Assembly (NCBI GenBank): GCA_012839205.1
Contig: DUNT01000050.1
Coordinates: forward strand, 3,965-67,964
From: Clostridiaceae bacterium
GTDB lineage: Bacteria > Bacillota > Clostridia > DSM-8532
Length of the DNA stretch: 64,000 nucleotides
Reading direction: 5' to 3'
In this document: in pieces, positions 49,668-59,903 of the stretch
How positions within the stretch are numbered: the stretch's first letter is position 1
How the letters are laid out: every line of letters begins with the position of its first letter
The notes under the pieces: model-generated
Seen by the model: only the letters and a program-made list of their open reading frames with translations
Databases searched by the model: none
Told to the model about the DNA's origin: nothing
Position numbers and translations under genes: made by a program

Positions 49668-50555
49668 GTGATATACGACGTAATAATTATCGGAAAAGGG
49701 CCTGCGGGATTATCTTGTGCTATTTATACCACCAGAGCTAATTTAAAGACCCTGGTTATCGGAAAAGATGACAGCATGCTGTTAAAGGCTGATAAAATAG
49801 AGAATTACTATGGATTTGCAGAGCCGATTAGTGGTAAAGAGCTACTGGAAAAGGGGACGGCTCAGGCCCTCAGACTTGGAACTGAAATCATTGAGGATGA
49901 AGTTGTCAGCATTGAAAAAACAGACAGATTTAAATTAACCGGAGTAAATGGCGAGTATGAAGCAATGACTGTACTGATTGCAACGGGAGCTCCGGTTGTA
50001 AGAGTACCTGTAAAAAATCTCAGCAAGTTTGAAGGAAACGGCGTTAGCTATTGTACCACATGTGATGGTTTTTTCTATCGCAATAAAAAGGTTGGAGTTC
50101 TAGGCTACACTGATTATGCTGTTCATGAAGCAATTGATCTGGCTGCTTTTACTCAGGATATTACCCTTTATACAAATAATATGCCATTAAGTGTTTCAGA
50201 AAATCTGAAAGAGAGCCTTAGTAAATTTAGGATAAATACGACAAAAATCAAGGAGCTTCAGGGACAGGAACGAATAGAAGAGATAGTATTTGAAGACGGC
50301 AGTAAGGATAGTATAGAAGGTCTTTTTATAGCCTATGGAAGCGCTTCATCCACCAGCTTTGCACTTAAGATGGGAATTGCCACTGAAGGAAAGAGTATTA
50401 TTGTAAATGACAAAATGGAGACTAATATCCCTGGCTTATTTGCCGCAGGAGACTGTACAGGTGTGTTCAAACAGGTTGCAGTTGCTGTGGGGCAGGGAGC
50501 TCTTGCGTCAAGACAAATAACCGATTATGTCAGAAATATGAGAAAAGACGGATGA
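49668..50555 (+). CDS. trxB: Thioredoxin-disulfide reductase-like FAD/NAD(P) oxidoreductase
   Basis: 295 aa with a GTG start 8 nt after GGAGG. FAD motif IIIGKGPAG, redox CTTCDG and GVLGYTDYA NAD(P) motifs. C-terminal FAAGDC. Confidence 0.8.
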   Translation: MIYDVIIIGKGPAGLSCAIYTTRANLKTLVIGKDDSMLLKADKIENYYGFAEPISGKELLEKGTAQALRLGTEIIEDEVVSIEKTDRFKLTGVNGEYEAMTVLIATGAPVVRVPVKNLSKFEGNGVSYCTTCDGFFYRNKKVGVLGYTDYAVHEAIDLAAFTQDITLYTNNMPLSVSENLKESLSKFRINTTKIKELQGQERIEEIVFEDGSKDSIEGLFIAYGSASSTSFALKMGIATEGKSIIVNDKMETNIPGLFAAGDCTGVFKQVAVAVGQGALASRQITDYVRNMRKDG

Positions 50556-50571
50556 AAATCCGTCTTTCCTT
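50547..50571 (+). terminator. Terminator overlapping the trxB stop
   Basis: GACGGAT-GAAA-ATCCGTC followed by TTTCCTT. Confidence 0.55.
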
Positions 50572-50856
50572 AGTAATAAAGGAGGAATCTATATAAAATT
50601 TAAAAAAATGTACCCGCTCCATAAGGAGCGAAAAAAAAGGGGATAATAAAGGGGTATATCTAACTACGTTAATTGCTGCATTTAATGTTTCTTATAGACT
50701 TCGTTATTTGCTATGACATTTTCATAACTATTTCTGTTTACATATATATTATAATTAATTACAATTCCTTTTATAAGCGTAAAAACAACAAAAAAAACAT
50801 TAATTATTTTTATCTGTTTAGTGCAACTTGTCATGGTCAAACTGCAATAAAAACAA

Positions 50857-51093
50857 TTATAATTCAATGAATTTCTTGTAATCTAATTTATTCTTTTCAC
50901 AGTAATCCATTAAACTGAAAATAATCTTCTTACCGCCGCCTATGCCGGTATTTAAGAATCTGTAAAGATGTGCCGGGTCTATCCCCAATTCCCTGCTGAA
51001 TTTGTTGTAGTTGCCCTTGTAACGGATATCCATGAGTTCCTTGATTTTCTCTCTGTTTAACCTGCTTTTCATGTCCATATCTCCGTTTCGCAT
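50857..51093 (-). CDS. Small helix-turn-helix DNA-binding protein
   Basis: 78 aa. GNYNKFSRELGIDPAHLYRFLN is a typical HTH segment. Several alternative Met starts. Confidence 0.55.
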   Translation of the reverse strand: MRNGDMDMKSRLNREKIKELMDIRYKGNYNKFSRELGIDPAHLYRFLNTGIGGGKKIIFSLMDYCEKNKLDYKKFIEL

Positions 51094-51253
51094 ATGTTGG
51101 AAAAGAAAGCATTATACTAAATTATGTATAATATTACATCAATAGCTTTGTTTTGTAAAGTGAAACGTAAAAAACAATATTAGAGGATTGAGAGAATAAA
51201 AGGGTGTTTCTGTTCATAAATATAAAAATGGATTCAGACATGAGGTGTGGATT

Positions 51254-51943
51254 ATGAAAAAATTTAGAGTTATAGCTGTTATAATGATTTTGGCTCTTGT
51301 GATGTGTTCTTGTGGCTCGGCTAAGACTAATGGCGATGAGATGGAAGAAGATCTTACACCGACAAGCAGCCTGACCATTGATGAAGAAGAAGCAGCTGTA
51401 CTCAACGAAAAGGTGCCGGTGGTTCTATATTTTGGCGATGAACAGCAAACCAAACTGATTAAGGAAATACGTTATGTTGACATTAAGGAAGCAAAAAAGG
51501 GTGCCGAAACCCTTGCTTCAGTTTTGGTTAAGGAGCTGATAAAGGGCCCAAAAGCAGAAGGCCTTACTCCTCTTATTCCGGAAGGCACTACTTTACGAGG
51601 TCCGGTTACAATTGATGAAAGGATTGCCACAGTTGACTTTACAAAAGAATTTATAGATAACCATCCAGGAGGCAAAGTTCTTGCCGAGCTTACTGTCTAT
51701 TCAATTGTTAATTCTCTTACTGAAATGAAAGAAATTGAGAGGGTTAAAATTACTATAAACGGTAAGACAACAAAGAATTTCAAGGACAATGTAACATTAA
51801 GCAGCGAATTTCCAAGAAACGATGCCATTGTAAATAAAGAGGTGGGGCTTGTACTGCCTGAAGACAGCGGCCTTACGCCGGTAGGCAGTATTGATGAAGA
51901 TGTGATTCTTGATATACCAGAAGATGAAGAACCGCTTGAATAA
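51254..51943 (+). CDS. GerMN-domain lipoprotein
   Basis: MKKFRVIAVIMILALVMCSCG is a signal peptide with lipobox-like Cys residues. VVLYFGDEQ...VKELIKGP...ATVDFTKEF matches the GerMN pattern (recalled). Confidence 0.65.
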   Translation: MKKFRVIAVIMILALVMCSCGSAKTNGDEMEEDLTPTSSLTIDEEEAAVLNEKVPVVLYFGDEQQTKLIKEIRYVDIKEAKKGAETLASVLVKELIKGPKAEGLTPLIPEGTTLRGPVTIDERIATVDFTKEFIDNHPGGKVLAELTVYSIVNSLTEMKEIERVKITINGKTTKNFKDNVTLSSEFPRNDAIVNKEVGLVLPEDSGLTPVGSIDEDVILDIPEDEEPLE

Positions 51944-52002
51944 TATAATCGTGTAAAGTATAATTTATTGAAAGAAGTAGGTTGTAAAACAGAACCATAT
52001 TA

Positions 52003-52033
52003 GGGGAGCATAGATGCTCCCCTTGTAATTGTT
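52003..52033 (+). terminator. Terminator after the GerMN gene
   Basis: GGGGAGCA-TAGA-TGCTCCCC followed by TTGTAATTGTT. Confidence 0.55.
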
Positions 52034-52048
52034 GGTGGAGGTTGTCGG

Positions 52049-53173
52049 GTGAGTAAAATAAAAGTAACCGTTCTGTTTGGAGGTCAATCCTCTGAACATG
52101 AGGTTTCCAGAATATCTGCCCAGTGTGTGCTTGAGAACATTGACAGAAATCGGTTTGAAGTTCAGACAATAGGCATAACAAAAAATGGTGAATGGCTCAG
52201 GTATGAAGGTGATATCAGTTTAATAGGGTCAGGAAAGTGGGAGGAAGAAGCACGAAGTCAGCTCCGGAAAGTAAAGGATGCAGGTATATTAAGCAAAGAT
52301 ATTGAAAATGTTCCAACCTGCAGGGCACTGGTGAGCTTTAGTGACAAAGACAATCCCAAAGGAACCGTTGATGTTGTTTTTCCGATTCTTCACGGTCCCA
52401 ATGGTGAGGATGGTTCAGTGCAGGGGCTGCTGCAGCTGGCCGATGTTCCATATGTAGGCTGTAATATACTGGCATCTGCAGCTGGTATGGATAAGGCATT
52501 TTCCAAATTGGTTTTCGCCGATGCCGGGATTCCCCAGGCCGATTATTTGGTAGTAATGAGATCAGAAATAGATGAAAAAAATGATGATATTTTAAATGAA
52601 GTTGCAGAAAAGCTAGGCTGGCCATGTTTTGTAAAGCCTGCCAACGCTGGTTCATCGGTAGGTGTCAGTAAAGTAAAAAGACCTGATGATCTGATGTCTG
52701 CTCTTCAATATGCTGCTAAATATGATTCCAAAATACTGATTGAAGAGTTTATTAATGGAAGAGAAGTGGAATGTGCGGTTTTAGGCAATGACAATCCTAT
52801 AGCATCTACGGTTGGAGAAATCCTTCCCAGCAATGAATTTTATGACTATAATGCAAAGTATATAGATGGTAAATCAGATACAATAATACCTGCCGATATC
52901 GATAAAAAGATAAAGGAACAGGTAAGGGAATATGCAGTAAGGGCTTTTAAAGCATTGGGCTGCTCAGGGCTTTCACGGGTGGATTTTTTTGTGGAAGAAT
53001 CGGGCAGAGTTGTATTAAATGAAATTAATACTATGCCGGGCTTTACTGATATAAGTATGTACTCAAAGCTCTGGGAGGCCAGCGGCATCCCTTATACCCA
53101 GTTGATAACCAGACTCATTGAATTAGCATTTGAAAGCTACCATCAAAGAACTCGCTCATATGAAAGGAAGTAA
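52049..53173 (+). CDS. ddl: D-alanine--D-alanine ligase
   Basis: 374 aa. FGGQSSEHEVS, HGPNGEDGSVQGLL, KPANAGSSVG and EINTMPGFT are classic Ddl motifs. Confidence 0.95.
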   Translation: MSKIKVTVLFGGQSSEHEVSRISAQCVLENIDRNRFEVQTIGITKNGEWLRYEGDISLIGSGKWEEEARSQLRKVKDAGILSKDIENVPTCRALVSFSDKDNPKGTVDVVFPILHGPNGEDGSVQGLLQLADVPYVGCNILASAAGMDKAFSKLVFADAGIPQADYLVVMRSEIDEKNDDILNEVAEKLGWPCFVKPANAGSSVGVSKVKRPDDLMSALQYAAKYDSKILIEEFINGREVECAVLGNDNPIASTVGEILPSNEFYDYNAKYIDGKSDTIIPADIDKKIKEQVREYAVRAFKALGCSGLSRVDFFVEESGRVVLNEINTMPGFTDISMYSKLWEASGIPYTQLITRLIELAFESYHQRTRSYERK

Positions 53174-53175
53174 AA

Positions 53176-53604
53176 GTGGAAAAACAAGTTTTAATTACAG
53201 TTAACAGTGTTATGGACGATTCCTCCGGAGAATCCGATGAAATGAGTTTTATCACAGAGGGAATTCTCTACAGGGAAGATGATAATTTCGTTATAAGCTA
53301 TGAAGAAAGTGAAATTACCGGGCTGGATGGCACCACCACAACACTGAGGGTTAACAAGAACTCAGTAACACTATCAAGGCACGGCAGTGTTGATACTACA
53401 ATGTTTTTTGAAGAAGGGAAAACACATCTTTCTGACTATGATACTAAATATGGAACTGTCATGTTAGGTATTACAGCAAAAAAATTAGATGTTAATCTCA
53501 GTGAATCCGGCGGTGACATTAAAGTAGATTATATACTTGAATATAATCGTTCCTATGGCGGGAAAAACAGCCTTCATGTAAGTGTTAGTGAACGAAAAAA
53601 TTAA
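53176..53604 (+). CDS. DUF1934 domain protein (YwiB-like beta-barrel)
   Basis: 142 aa. The position directly upstream of argS is typical for DUF1934 in Firmicutes. Confidence 0.6.
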   Translation: MEKQVLITVNSVMDDSSGESDEMSFITEGILYREDDNFVISYEESEITGLDGTTTTLRVNKNSVTLSRHGSVDTTMFFEEGKTHLSDYDTKYGTVMLGITAKKLDVNLSESGGDIKVDYILEYNRSYGGKNSLHVSVSERKN

Positions 53605-53621
53605 TTACACAAGAAAATGGA

Positions 53622-55331
53622 ATGGGGTTTAGGAGAATGAACAATATTTTTGACCAAATACGGGAGCAGCTTTTTAAGGTAGTGAAAGGGGCATTTTTTG
53701 CGTGCGAAAAGAAAGGGAGCCTTCCCGGGATCCAAATTGACGATATATTAATTGAAGTACCGCGGGAACGAGACTTCGGTGATTTCTCAACAAATATTGC
53801 CATGCAGGTATCCAAACAGGCCAAGATGCCTCCAAGAAAAACAGCAGAGCTTCTGGTCTCCGAGTTTGATTTTTCCGGAACATATATAGAAAGAGCAGAG
53901 GTTGCAGGGCCGGGATTCTTAAATTTCTATCTGAAAAAAGATTGGCTCTATGAGTCATTGCACATTATACAGGAAAAACAAGATAAATACGGAGAAGTTG
54001 ATTTAGGAAAGGGAATAAAGGTAAACGTTGAATTTGTCAGCGCCAATCCCACAGGGCCGCTTCATATGGGCAATGCCAGAGGCGGCGCTCTGGGAGATTG
54101 TCTGGCCAGTGTGCTTTCAAAAGCAGGATATGATGTTACAAAGGAATTCTATATAAATGATGCCGGTAATCAGATTGAAAAGTTTGGTATATCATTGGAG
54201 GCCCGTTATCTCCAAATTGTTCTGGGAGAAGATAAAGTAGAGTTCCCTGAAGACGGATATCATGGTGAGGATATTATTGAGCATGCCAAAGCCTATTATG
54301 AAAAAAACGGAGATATTCTCCTGGAAAAATCCCCCGAGGAAAGACGCAAGATATTGGTGGATTATGCCCTTCCCATAAATATAAAGAAAATTCGTGAGAC
54401 TCTTGAAGCCTATGGAATTACTTATGATGTGTGGTTTTCGGAAAAAACACTACATGAAAGTGGTGCAGTCAAAAAGACCATTGATTTTCTCACCGAGAAG
54501 GGTTATACGGTTGAAAAGGATGATGCCATCTGGTTAAACGGAGAAAAGCTCGGTCTGGAAAAAGATGAGGTTTTGGTAAGGAATAATGGTATCGCCACAT
54601 ACATGGCGGCGGATATAGCCTATCATTACAATAAATTTATTACCCGTGGCTTTGACTGGGCTATAGATTTGTGGGGAGCAGACCATCATGGACATGTTGC
54701 CAGAATGAAGGCGGCAATGGAACCCTTCGGTGTGAAAAAGGACAGGCTGGAAGTTGTCCTGTTCCAACTGGTAAGACTCTACCGTAACGGTGAGCTGGCA
54801 CGTATGTCAAAAAGGACGGGAAAAGCTATTTCACTGGAGGACTTACTGGAAGAAGTCGGCAGGGACGCCGCTCGTTTCTTCTTTAATCTTAAAACCTCCG
54901 GAAGCCATTTGGATTTTGATTTGGATTTGGCTGTTAAGCAGTCGAATGATAACCCTGTATTCTATGTTCAGTACGCTCATGCCCGTATTTGCAGCCTTCT
55001 AAGAAAACTTAAAGAAGAAGGAGTAGAACCAAAGCCCGTTGAAGCTGTAAATCTTACCTTATTGAAGGAAAATGAAGAGATTGAGCTTATAAGGAAACTC
55101 TCAGAATATCCTGAAGAGATTGGGCTGGCGGCTAAAACGCTTGAACCAAGCCGCTTAACACGTTATGTTATGGATGTTGCAGCGCATTTTCACAGCTTTT
55201 ATAATGCTTGCCGGGTCAAAGGTGAGGATGAGGACTTGATGATGGCAAGGATAATTCTTGTGGATTGTACCAGAATTGTGATAAAAAATATTCTAGAACT
55301 GATAAAAATAGATGCTCCAGAAAAAATGTAG
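53622..55331 (+). CDS. argS: Arginine--tRNA ligase
   Basis: HIGH-type motif [21 protein letters not shown] is the KMSK motif. The alternative ATG at 53637 gives [11 protein letters not shown]... Confidence 0.95.
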   Translation: MGFRRMNNIFDQIREQLFKVVKGAFFACEKKGSLPGIQIDDILIEVPRERDFGDFSTNIAMQVSKQAKMPPRKTAELLVSEFDFSGTYIERAEVAGPGFLNFYLKKDWLYESLHIIQEKQDKYGEVDLGKGIKVNVEFVSANPTGPLHMGNARGGALGDCLASVLSKAGYDVTKEFYINDAGNQIEKFGISLEARYLQIVLGEDKVEFPEDGYHGEDIIEHAKAYYEKNGDILLEKSPEERRKILVDYALPINIKKIRETLEAYGITYDVWFSEKTLHESGAVKKTIDFLTEKGYTVEKDDAIWLNGEKLGLEKDEVLVRNNGIATYMAADIAYHYNKFITRGFDWAIDLWGADHHGHVARMKAAMEPFGVKKDRLEVVLFQLVRLYRNGELARMSKRTGKAISLEDLLEEVGRDAARFFFNLKTSGSHLDFDLDLAVKQSNDNPVFYVQYAHARICSLLRKLKEEGVEPKPVEAVNLTLLKENEEIELIRKLSEYPEEIGLAAKTLEPSRLTRYVMDVAAHFHSFYNACRVKGEDEDLMMARIILVDCTRIVIKNILELIKIDAPEKM

Positions 55332-55374
55332 CAGACATTTAATGGACAAAGGTGTACTATTGGAGGGGAATACT

Positions 55375-55866
55375 ATGAGCTTATTAAAAGAGTGGCAAGA
55401 GAGACTGGAAAACCAGCATACCAATGAGAATCAAGAGTTTCTTGAAAACTATTTGGAAAAAGAAAAGGAAGCCTATAAAAAAATACTCTCATCGGGAACC
55501 ACAAGTCTCACAGGCAGGGTTGATGAACTGGCAAAAGAATATGATATGGACAATGTTACATTCATGGGGTTCTTAGATGGCATAAATACCAGTCTTGACA
55601 GCAGCCTGGACCTGGAGACTCTTACAGAAGAAAGTGAAATAGATAAAAGTATCATACTTTATAAGCTGTACTACAATATGCTTGGTGCAAAGGCTCACTG
55701 GCTTTATGGGCTTGAGGAATGGGACGAATTATTAACAGACGAGGAACGTGCATCCATAAGGAAACAGTTTAACGAGGATCATCGTGCGGTTAGTACAAAG
55801 GTTGGAAGGAATGATCCGTGCCCCTGCGGGAGCGGTAAAAAATACAAAAAGTGTTGTGGCGCCTGA
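55375..55866 (+). CDS. SEC-C motif domain protein
   Basis: C-terminal [19 protein letters not shown]. The ATG at 55375 lies 6 nt after GGAGGGG; the track ORF start at 55312 overlaps argS. Confidence 0.75.
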   Translation: MSLLKEWQERLENQHTNENQEFLENYLEKEKEAYKKILSSGTTSLTGRVDELAKEYDMDNVTFMGFLDGINTSLDSSLDLETLTEESEIDKSIILYKLYYNMLGAKAHWLYGLEEWDELLTDEERASIRKQFNEDHRAVSTKVGRNDPCPCGSGKKYKKCCGA

Positions 55867-55916
55867 TATTGATAGCCCGGTATTTATAGACATTAGCTGC
55901 CACTATAGGAGGTCGC

Positions 55917-56627
55917 ATGCTAAAAGTTAAGGATTTATCAAAGAAGTACGAAAAGGTTTTAGCAGTCAACAAAGTCTCATTTGAAATCGACAGCGGTGAG
56001 ATAGGCGTGTTAATAGGACCTAACGGTGCCGGCAAAAGCACAACCATTAAATCAATAGCAGGTCTATTGCGGTTTGAAGGAGAAATCACTATAGATGGTA
56101 AGCCTAATAAAAGCATTGAAGCTAAGAGAATATTTGGATACGTGCCAGAGTCACCGTCATTGTATGATTCTCTTAGTGTATGGGACCATTTGGAGTTTGT
56201 GGCGAGAGCTTATAAATTACAGGACTGGACTGACACTGCTGAGGAGCTTCTGGCCCGCTTTGACATGGATGATAAAAAGAAAAAGATTGGAAAAGACCTG
56301 TCAAAAGGCATGCAACAGAAGGTTAGTATATGTTGTGCCCTTTTAATTAAACCTCGTATGGTAATGTTTGACGAACCCATGATTGGCCTTGACCCAAAGG
56401 CTATAAAAGAACTAAAGGAAATGCTTCTGGAGCTTAAAGCCTCAGGCTGCGCCATTCTTATAAGTACTCATATTCTTGACTCAATTGCAGATATATGGGA
56501 CAAGGCTCTGATAATGAATAAGGGTGAAATTGTATTTAACAACACAAGGGACGTCATGGCATTAAGCGGTGAATCCTTAGAACATATCTTTTTCTCCAAA
56601 ACTGAGGAGGAGGTAGCAGCCCAATGA
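55917..56627 (+). CDS. ABC transporter ATP-binding protein
   Basis: Walker A GPNGAGKST, signature LSKGMQQK and Walker B VMFDEP. Confidence 0.9.
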   Translation: MLKVKDLSKKYEKVLAVNKVSFEIDSGEIGVLIGPNGAGKSTTIKSIAGLLRFEGEITIDGKPNKSIEAKRIFGYVPESPSLYDSLSVWDHLEFVARAYKLQDWTDTAEELLARFDMDDKKKKIGKDLSKGMQQKVSICCALLIKPRMVMFDEPMIGLDPKAIKELKEMLLELKASGCAILISTHILDSIADIWDKALIMNKGEIVFNNTRDVMALSGESLEHIFFSKTEEEVAAQ

Positions 56628-58192
56628 GTCCTATGCTGTTTATTATGAGGAAAACCCTTAAAAACCTCATAAAAGGGGTTTTTAAGAAACCCATTCTATT
56701 TATTGGTTATCTTTTTATTGCTCTTTTTGTTGTAACCATGCTTATCGCTTCCTTTGCAATGCCCTCAGGTTTAATAAGGAGTGGCTCGAGTGATTTATAT
56801 ATAGGAATAATAACCATTGTTTTTTTATTTATGTATTACACAACATTGAAATTAGGCGTTGATAAAGGCAGTACTTATTTCAGGGCAGCAGATGTGAACC
56901 TGGCCTTTACTGCTCCGATAAAGCCGAACCATATTTTGCTTTATGGCTTTATTAAGCAGCTGGGCGGAACGGTCCTTTTTCTGTTTTTTGCCCTGTGTCA
57001 GATTCCAAACTTAAAGAACAACTTTGAAATGGAGCCTTACGGTACATGGATGATACTGCTGGCAACCATTATGTATACCCTGTCATACCCTTTGATTAGT
57101 ATGGTTTTATACTCATGGGCCACAAAGAAAGACGGGAGAAAAAAGCTGCTGAAAAGGTCTTTTGATGTTTTGGCATTAGCAATAGCTGTTCTGGTCTTAT
57201 TAAGTCTTGCCAGAACCCGCAATATTACCGAAACTCTGGGGGATGTCTTTAATAATCAAATAGCAAAATACTTTCCTGTTATCGGATGGACAAGCTCCAT
57301 CGCCATTGCATCTGTGAAAGGTTTCACCACTGAATTCTGGGTAGGATTAATCGGCATGTTATCGCTTATTCTGGGAGCTGCTGTTACACTTTATAATATG
57401 AATCTTGATTATTATGAGGATGTTTTGGAAAGTACAGAGTATTTTGAAGCAGCCAGGAAAGCAAAAAAAGAAGGAAGAAATATGACATTCGGGGTCAAAG
57501 TTAAGGACAGAGTGAAGCAAAAGCTGTCCGGAACCGGAGCCAGCACAATTTTCTACAAACAATTGCTGGAACTTCGAAAAACTGCTTATGTACTTTTTTT
57601 TGACAGATCATCGGTAACAGTTATAATAGCTGCTATTATGTTTAGACTGGTTATACCCGATAATGCCCAGGTACCTTCATTATTAATGATTCTTTTCTTC
57701 GCCCTTTATATGTTGCTGCTCTTACAGGTACAGTGCAGAATAGGCATGGAGTTGGAAAAACACTATATTTTTCTTATCCCGGCCTCCTCCTATGAAAAGC
57801 TGTTTTTTGCCACCCTGGGTGAGCATATCAAGAATCTATTTGACGGTATTGTTTTGTTTGTACTATCAGGAATACTCTTTAAAGCACCGCTGGTAATTGT
57901 CATAAGCTGCATTATCACGTATACTTTATTTGGTGCTGTTTATACATACAGTGACGTTCTAACCCGAAGACTGTTTGGACGAATTCATAGCAAAGCGATT
58001 TTGTTTTTTGTAAAAGTGTTAATAAACTTATTAATAATTGTGCCCGGCGGTATCGCAGCAGGGATAGTTATATTTATTACTCAAAGCGAGTTTTTTATGA
58101 TATGCGCTTTAGCCGGCTGGAGCTTTGTCTTGGTGGTAACACTCTTTATGTTTACAGCGGGTATTTTAAATAATCTGGAAACTGTTAGTTAA
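56624..58192 (+). CDS. Putative ABC exporter permease-like membrane protein
   Basis: 522 aa with about 12 hydrophobic segments. ATGA overlap with the ATPase gene. Confidence 0.6.
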   Translation: MSPMLFIMRKTLKNLIKGVFKKPILFIGYLFIALFVVTMLIASFAMPSGLIRSGSSDLYIGIITIVFLFMYYTTLKLGVDKGSTYFRAADVNLAFTAPIKPNHILLYGFIKQLGGTVLFLFFALCQIPNLKNNFEMEPYGTWMILLATIMYTLSYPLISMVLYSWATKKDGRKKLLKRSFDVLALAIAVLVLLSLARTRNITETLGDVFNNQIAKYFPVIGWTSSIAIASVKGFTTEFWVGLIGMLSLILGAAVTLYNMNLDYYEDVLESTEYFEAARKAKKEGRNMTFGVKVKDRVKQKLSGTGASTIFYKQLLELRKTAYVLFFDRSSVTVIIAAIMFRLVIPDNAQVPSLLMILFFALYMLLLLQVQCRIGMELEKHYIFLIPASSYEKLFFATLGEHIKNLFDGIVLFVLSGILFKAPLVIVISCIITYTLFGAVYTYSDVLTRRLFGRIHSKAILFFVKVLINLLIIVPGGIAAGIVIFITQSEFFMICALAGWSFVLVVTLFMFTAGILNNLETVS

Positions 58193-58224
58193 GGGACACT
58201 GCGATAAAGGAAAGAAGGTGTGAT

Positions 58225-58668
58225 GTGGAAGTTCGGTTTGCGAAGTATAATGACTTTGAGGGGATAATGGATTTATATGAATTTCTGAATCCAGGGGATA
58301 CTTTGGCCCCCCTCAACCATCTAAAAAATATTTGGGATGAGATAATGAATGATTCCCAAAGATATAGGTATGTGGTGGTTGAGGATAAGGATAAGCTATT
58401 GGCAACAAGTTGTATTACTATTATTCCAAATCTGACCAGAAAAGGCCGGCCATATGCTTTAATTGAGAACGTAATCACTCACCCCGATTATAGAAGAAAA
58501 GGCTTTGGAAGAGCGATGATTCAACTGCTGCTTGATTTTGCACGGGATAATGATTGTTATAAGGTAATGCTCTTAAGTGCAGCTAACCGTACGGCTGCTC
58601 ACGAATTCTATAAAAGTATGGGTTTCAACGGAGACATTAAGAAAGGATTTACATATTACCTGGTATGA
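58225..58668 (+). CDS. GNAT family N-acetyltransferase
   Basis: 147 aa with a GTG start. The acetyl-CoA motif HPDYRRKGFGRAM is present. Confidence 0.8.
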   Translation: MEVRFAKYNDFEGIMDLYEFLNPGDTLAPLNHLKNIWDEIMNDSQRYRYVVVEDKDKLLATSCITIIPNLTRKGRPYALIENVITHPDYRRKGFGRAMIQLLLDFARDNDCYKVMLLSAANRTAAHEFYKSMGFNGDIKKGFTYYLV

Positions 58669-58752
58669 TAAAGCTGTGAATATATAAATGACATTGAATT
58701 CATACAGATTTTTCGAAGAATTCTTTAATTTAATATAAGATTCTTAATAGTA

Positions 58753-58788
58753 TAAAAGACAGATCACAGAAGTGTGGTCTGTCTTTTT
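58753..58788. terminator. Bidirectional terminator (A-tract, 12-bp stem, T-tract)
   Basis: AAAAGACAGATCACA-GAAG-TGTGGTCTGTCTTTTT. It serves the + strand GNAT gene and the convergent minus-strand tRNA. Confidence 0.75.
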
Positions 58789-58864
58789 GGTACGCCCGAC
58801 ACGATTCGAACGTGCGACACCAAGTTTAGGAAACTTGTGCTCTATCCAACTGAGCTACGGGCGC
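58788..58864 (-). tRNA. tRNA-Arg (anticodon CCU)
   Basis: The reverse complement is GCGCCCGTAGCTCAGTTGGATAGAGCACAAGTTTCCTAAACTTGGTGTCGCACGTTCGAATCGTGTCGGGCGTACCA. It folds as a cloverleaf: 7-bp acceptor stem, GCTC/GAGC D stem, CAAGT/ACTTG anticodon stem with loop TTCCTAA, GCACG/CGTGT T stem with TTCGAAT, and an encoded CCA. Confidence 0.93.
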
Positions 58865-58961
58865 ATACAGCTGTACAGTGCATAAAAGCTTAAGATTTGT
58901 GCAATTGATATTATACGCCAATGAGATAAAACATGTCAAGAAGACTATTTATTTTACCTTA

Positions 58962-58989
58962 TTGCTTTATCTCGTTAACGTGATATAAT
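58962..58989 (+). promoter_or_regulatory. Candidate promoter of the amino-acid ABC operon (TTGCTT-16 nt-TATAAT)
   Basis: -35 at 58962-58967 and -10 at 58984-58989, about 40 nt upstream of the start codon. Confidence 0.45.
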
Positions 58990-59029
58990 ATTATTGTTTT
59001 CATATAGAGTTAAAATGGAGGATAAGAGA

Positions 59030-59824
59030 ATGAAAAAAGTATTGTCAATATTCCTGGTATTAACCATGGTTTTTGTATTAGCTGCCTGCGGGGCACAAAA
59101 AACTAATACAAATGCTGAAGACAGTGATCTAGCATATGTTAAGGCAAATGGTAAACTTATTATCGGATACACCGATTATGCTCCCATGAATTATACAGAT
59201 GAAAATGGTACATTTACAGGTTTTGACACAGAACTGGCCATGTTGGTTTGTGAAGAACTCGGTCTTGAGCCTGAGTTTGTTGAGATTAACTGGGATACAA
59301 AAGAAGTAGAGCTAAATGCAAAGTCTATTGACTGCATCTGGAACGGTCTGACCATCGATGATGAGCGTAAGGCTACCATGGAAATAACAAAACCTTATGT
59401 GAAGAATGCCCAGGTGGTTCTGGTGAAGGAAGGTACGGTCTATGAAAGCACAGCATCCTTAATTGGCAAGGCAGTTGCTGCCGAACAGGGATCCGCCGGA
59501 GAAAATGTTATTCTGGCCGATGATAATCTGAAGCAGGCAACCTTAGTTCCTAAGACATTACAGACAGAATGCTTAATGGAAGTAAAAGCCGGAACTTCAG
59601 ACGCTGCAGTCCTGGACTTGACACTTGCCAACACCATGACTGGTAAAGGTACAAACTATGAGGATATTATTATTGTTGACCACCTGGCAGAAGAGGACTA
59701 TGGGGTTGCATTCCGTAAAGGCTCCGATATTTGTGCAGAAGTAAATAAAATTTTTGATAAACTGGTTGCTGATGGCACCATGGGTAAATTAGCTGAAAAA
59801 TATGGACTGGATTTAGCAGACTAA
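59030..59824 (+). CDS. Amino-acid ABC transporter substrate-binding lipoprotein
   Basis: MKKVLSIFLVLTMVFVLAACG contains a lipobox. A type 3 SBP pattern follows (LIIGYTDYAPMNY..., IDCIWNGLTI). The ATG at 59030 lies 8 nt after GGAGG. Confidence 0.85.
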   Translation: MKKVLSIFLVLTMVFVLAACGAQKTNTNAEDSDLAYVKANGKLIIGYTDYAPMNYTDENGTFTGFDTELAMLVCEELGLEPEFVEINWDTKEVELNAKSIDCIWNGLTIDDERKATMEITKPYVKNAQVVLVKEGTVYESTASLIGKAVAAEQGSAGENVILADDNLKQATLVPKTLQTECLMEVKAGTSDAAVLDLTLANTMTGKGTNYEDIIIVDHLAEEDYGVAFRKGSDICAEVNKIFDKLVADGTMGKLAEKYGLDLAD

Positions 59825-59852
59825 ATTTAATGCACACAGCTAATTAAAGGAG

Positions 59853-59884
59853 AGGCAGAGTGCAAAATCTCTGCCTTATTGTAT
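59853..59884 (+). promoter_or_regulatory. Intra-operon hairpin after the SBP gene (possible attenuator or stabiliser)
   Basis: AGGCAGAG-8 nt loop-CTCTGCCT followed by TATTGTAT (weak T-tract). Confidence 0.4.
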
Positions 59885-59903
59885 ACATTTGAGGTAACTA
59901 CAT

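Noticed and set aside
50673-50870. 65-aa (+) and 61-aa (-) ORFs in the AT-rich tract
   Set aside because: They are mutually overlapping low-complexity Ile/Asn/Tyr/Phe-rich translations of AT-rich DNA. Neither has an RBS.
53500-53640. T-box leader upstream of argS
   Set aside because: argS follows the DUF1934 gene after only ~17 nt, leaving no room for a T-box leader. No T-box consensus was seen upstream of ddl or DUF1934 either.
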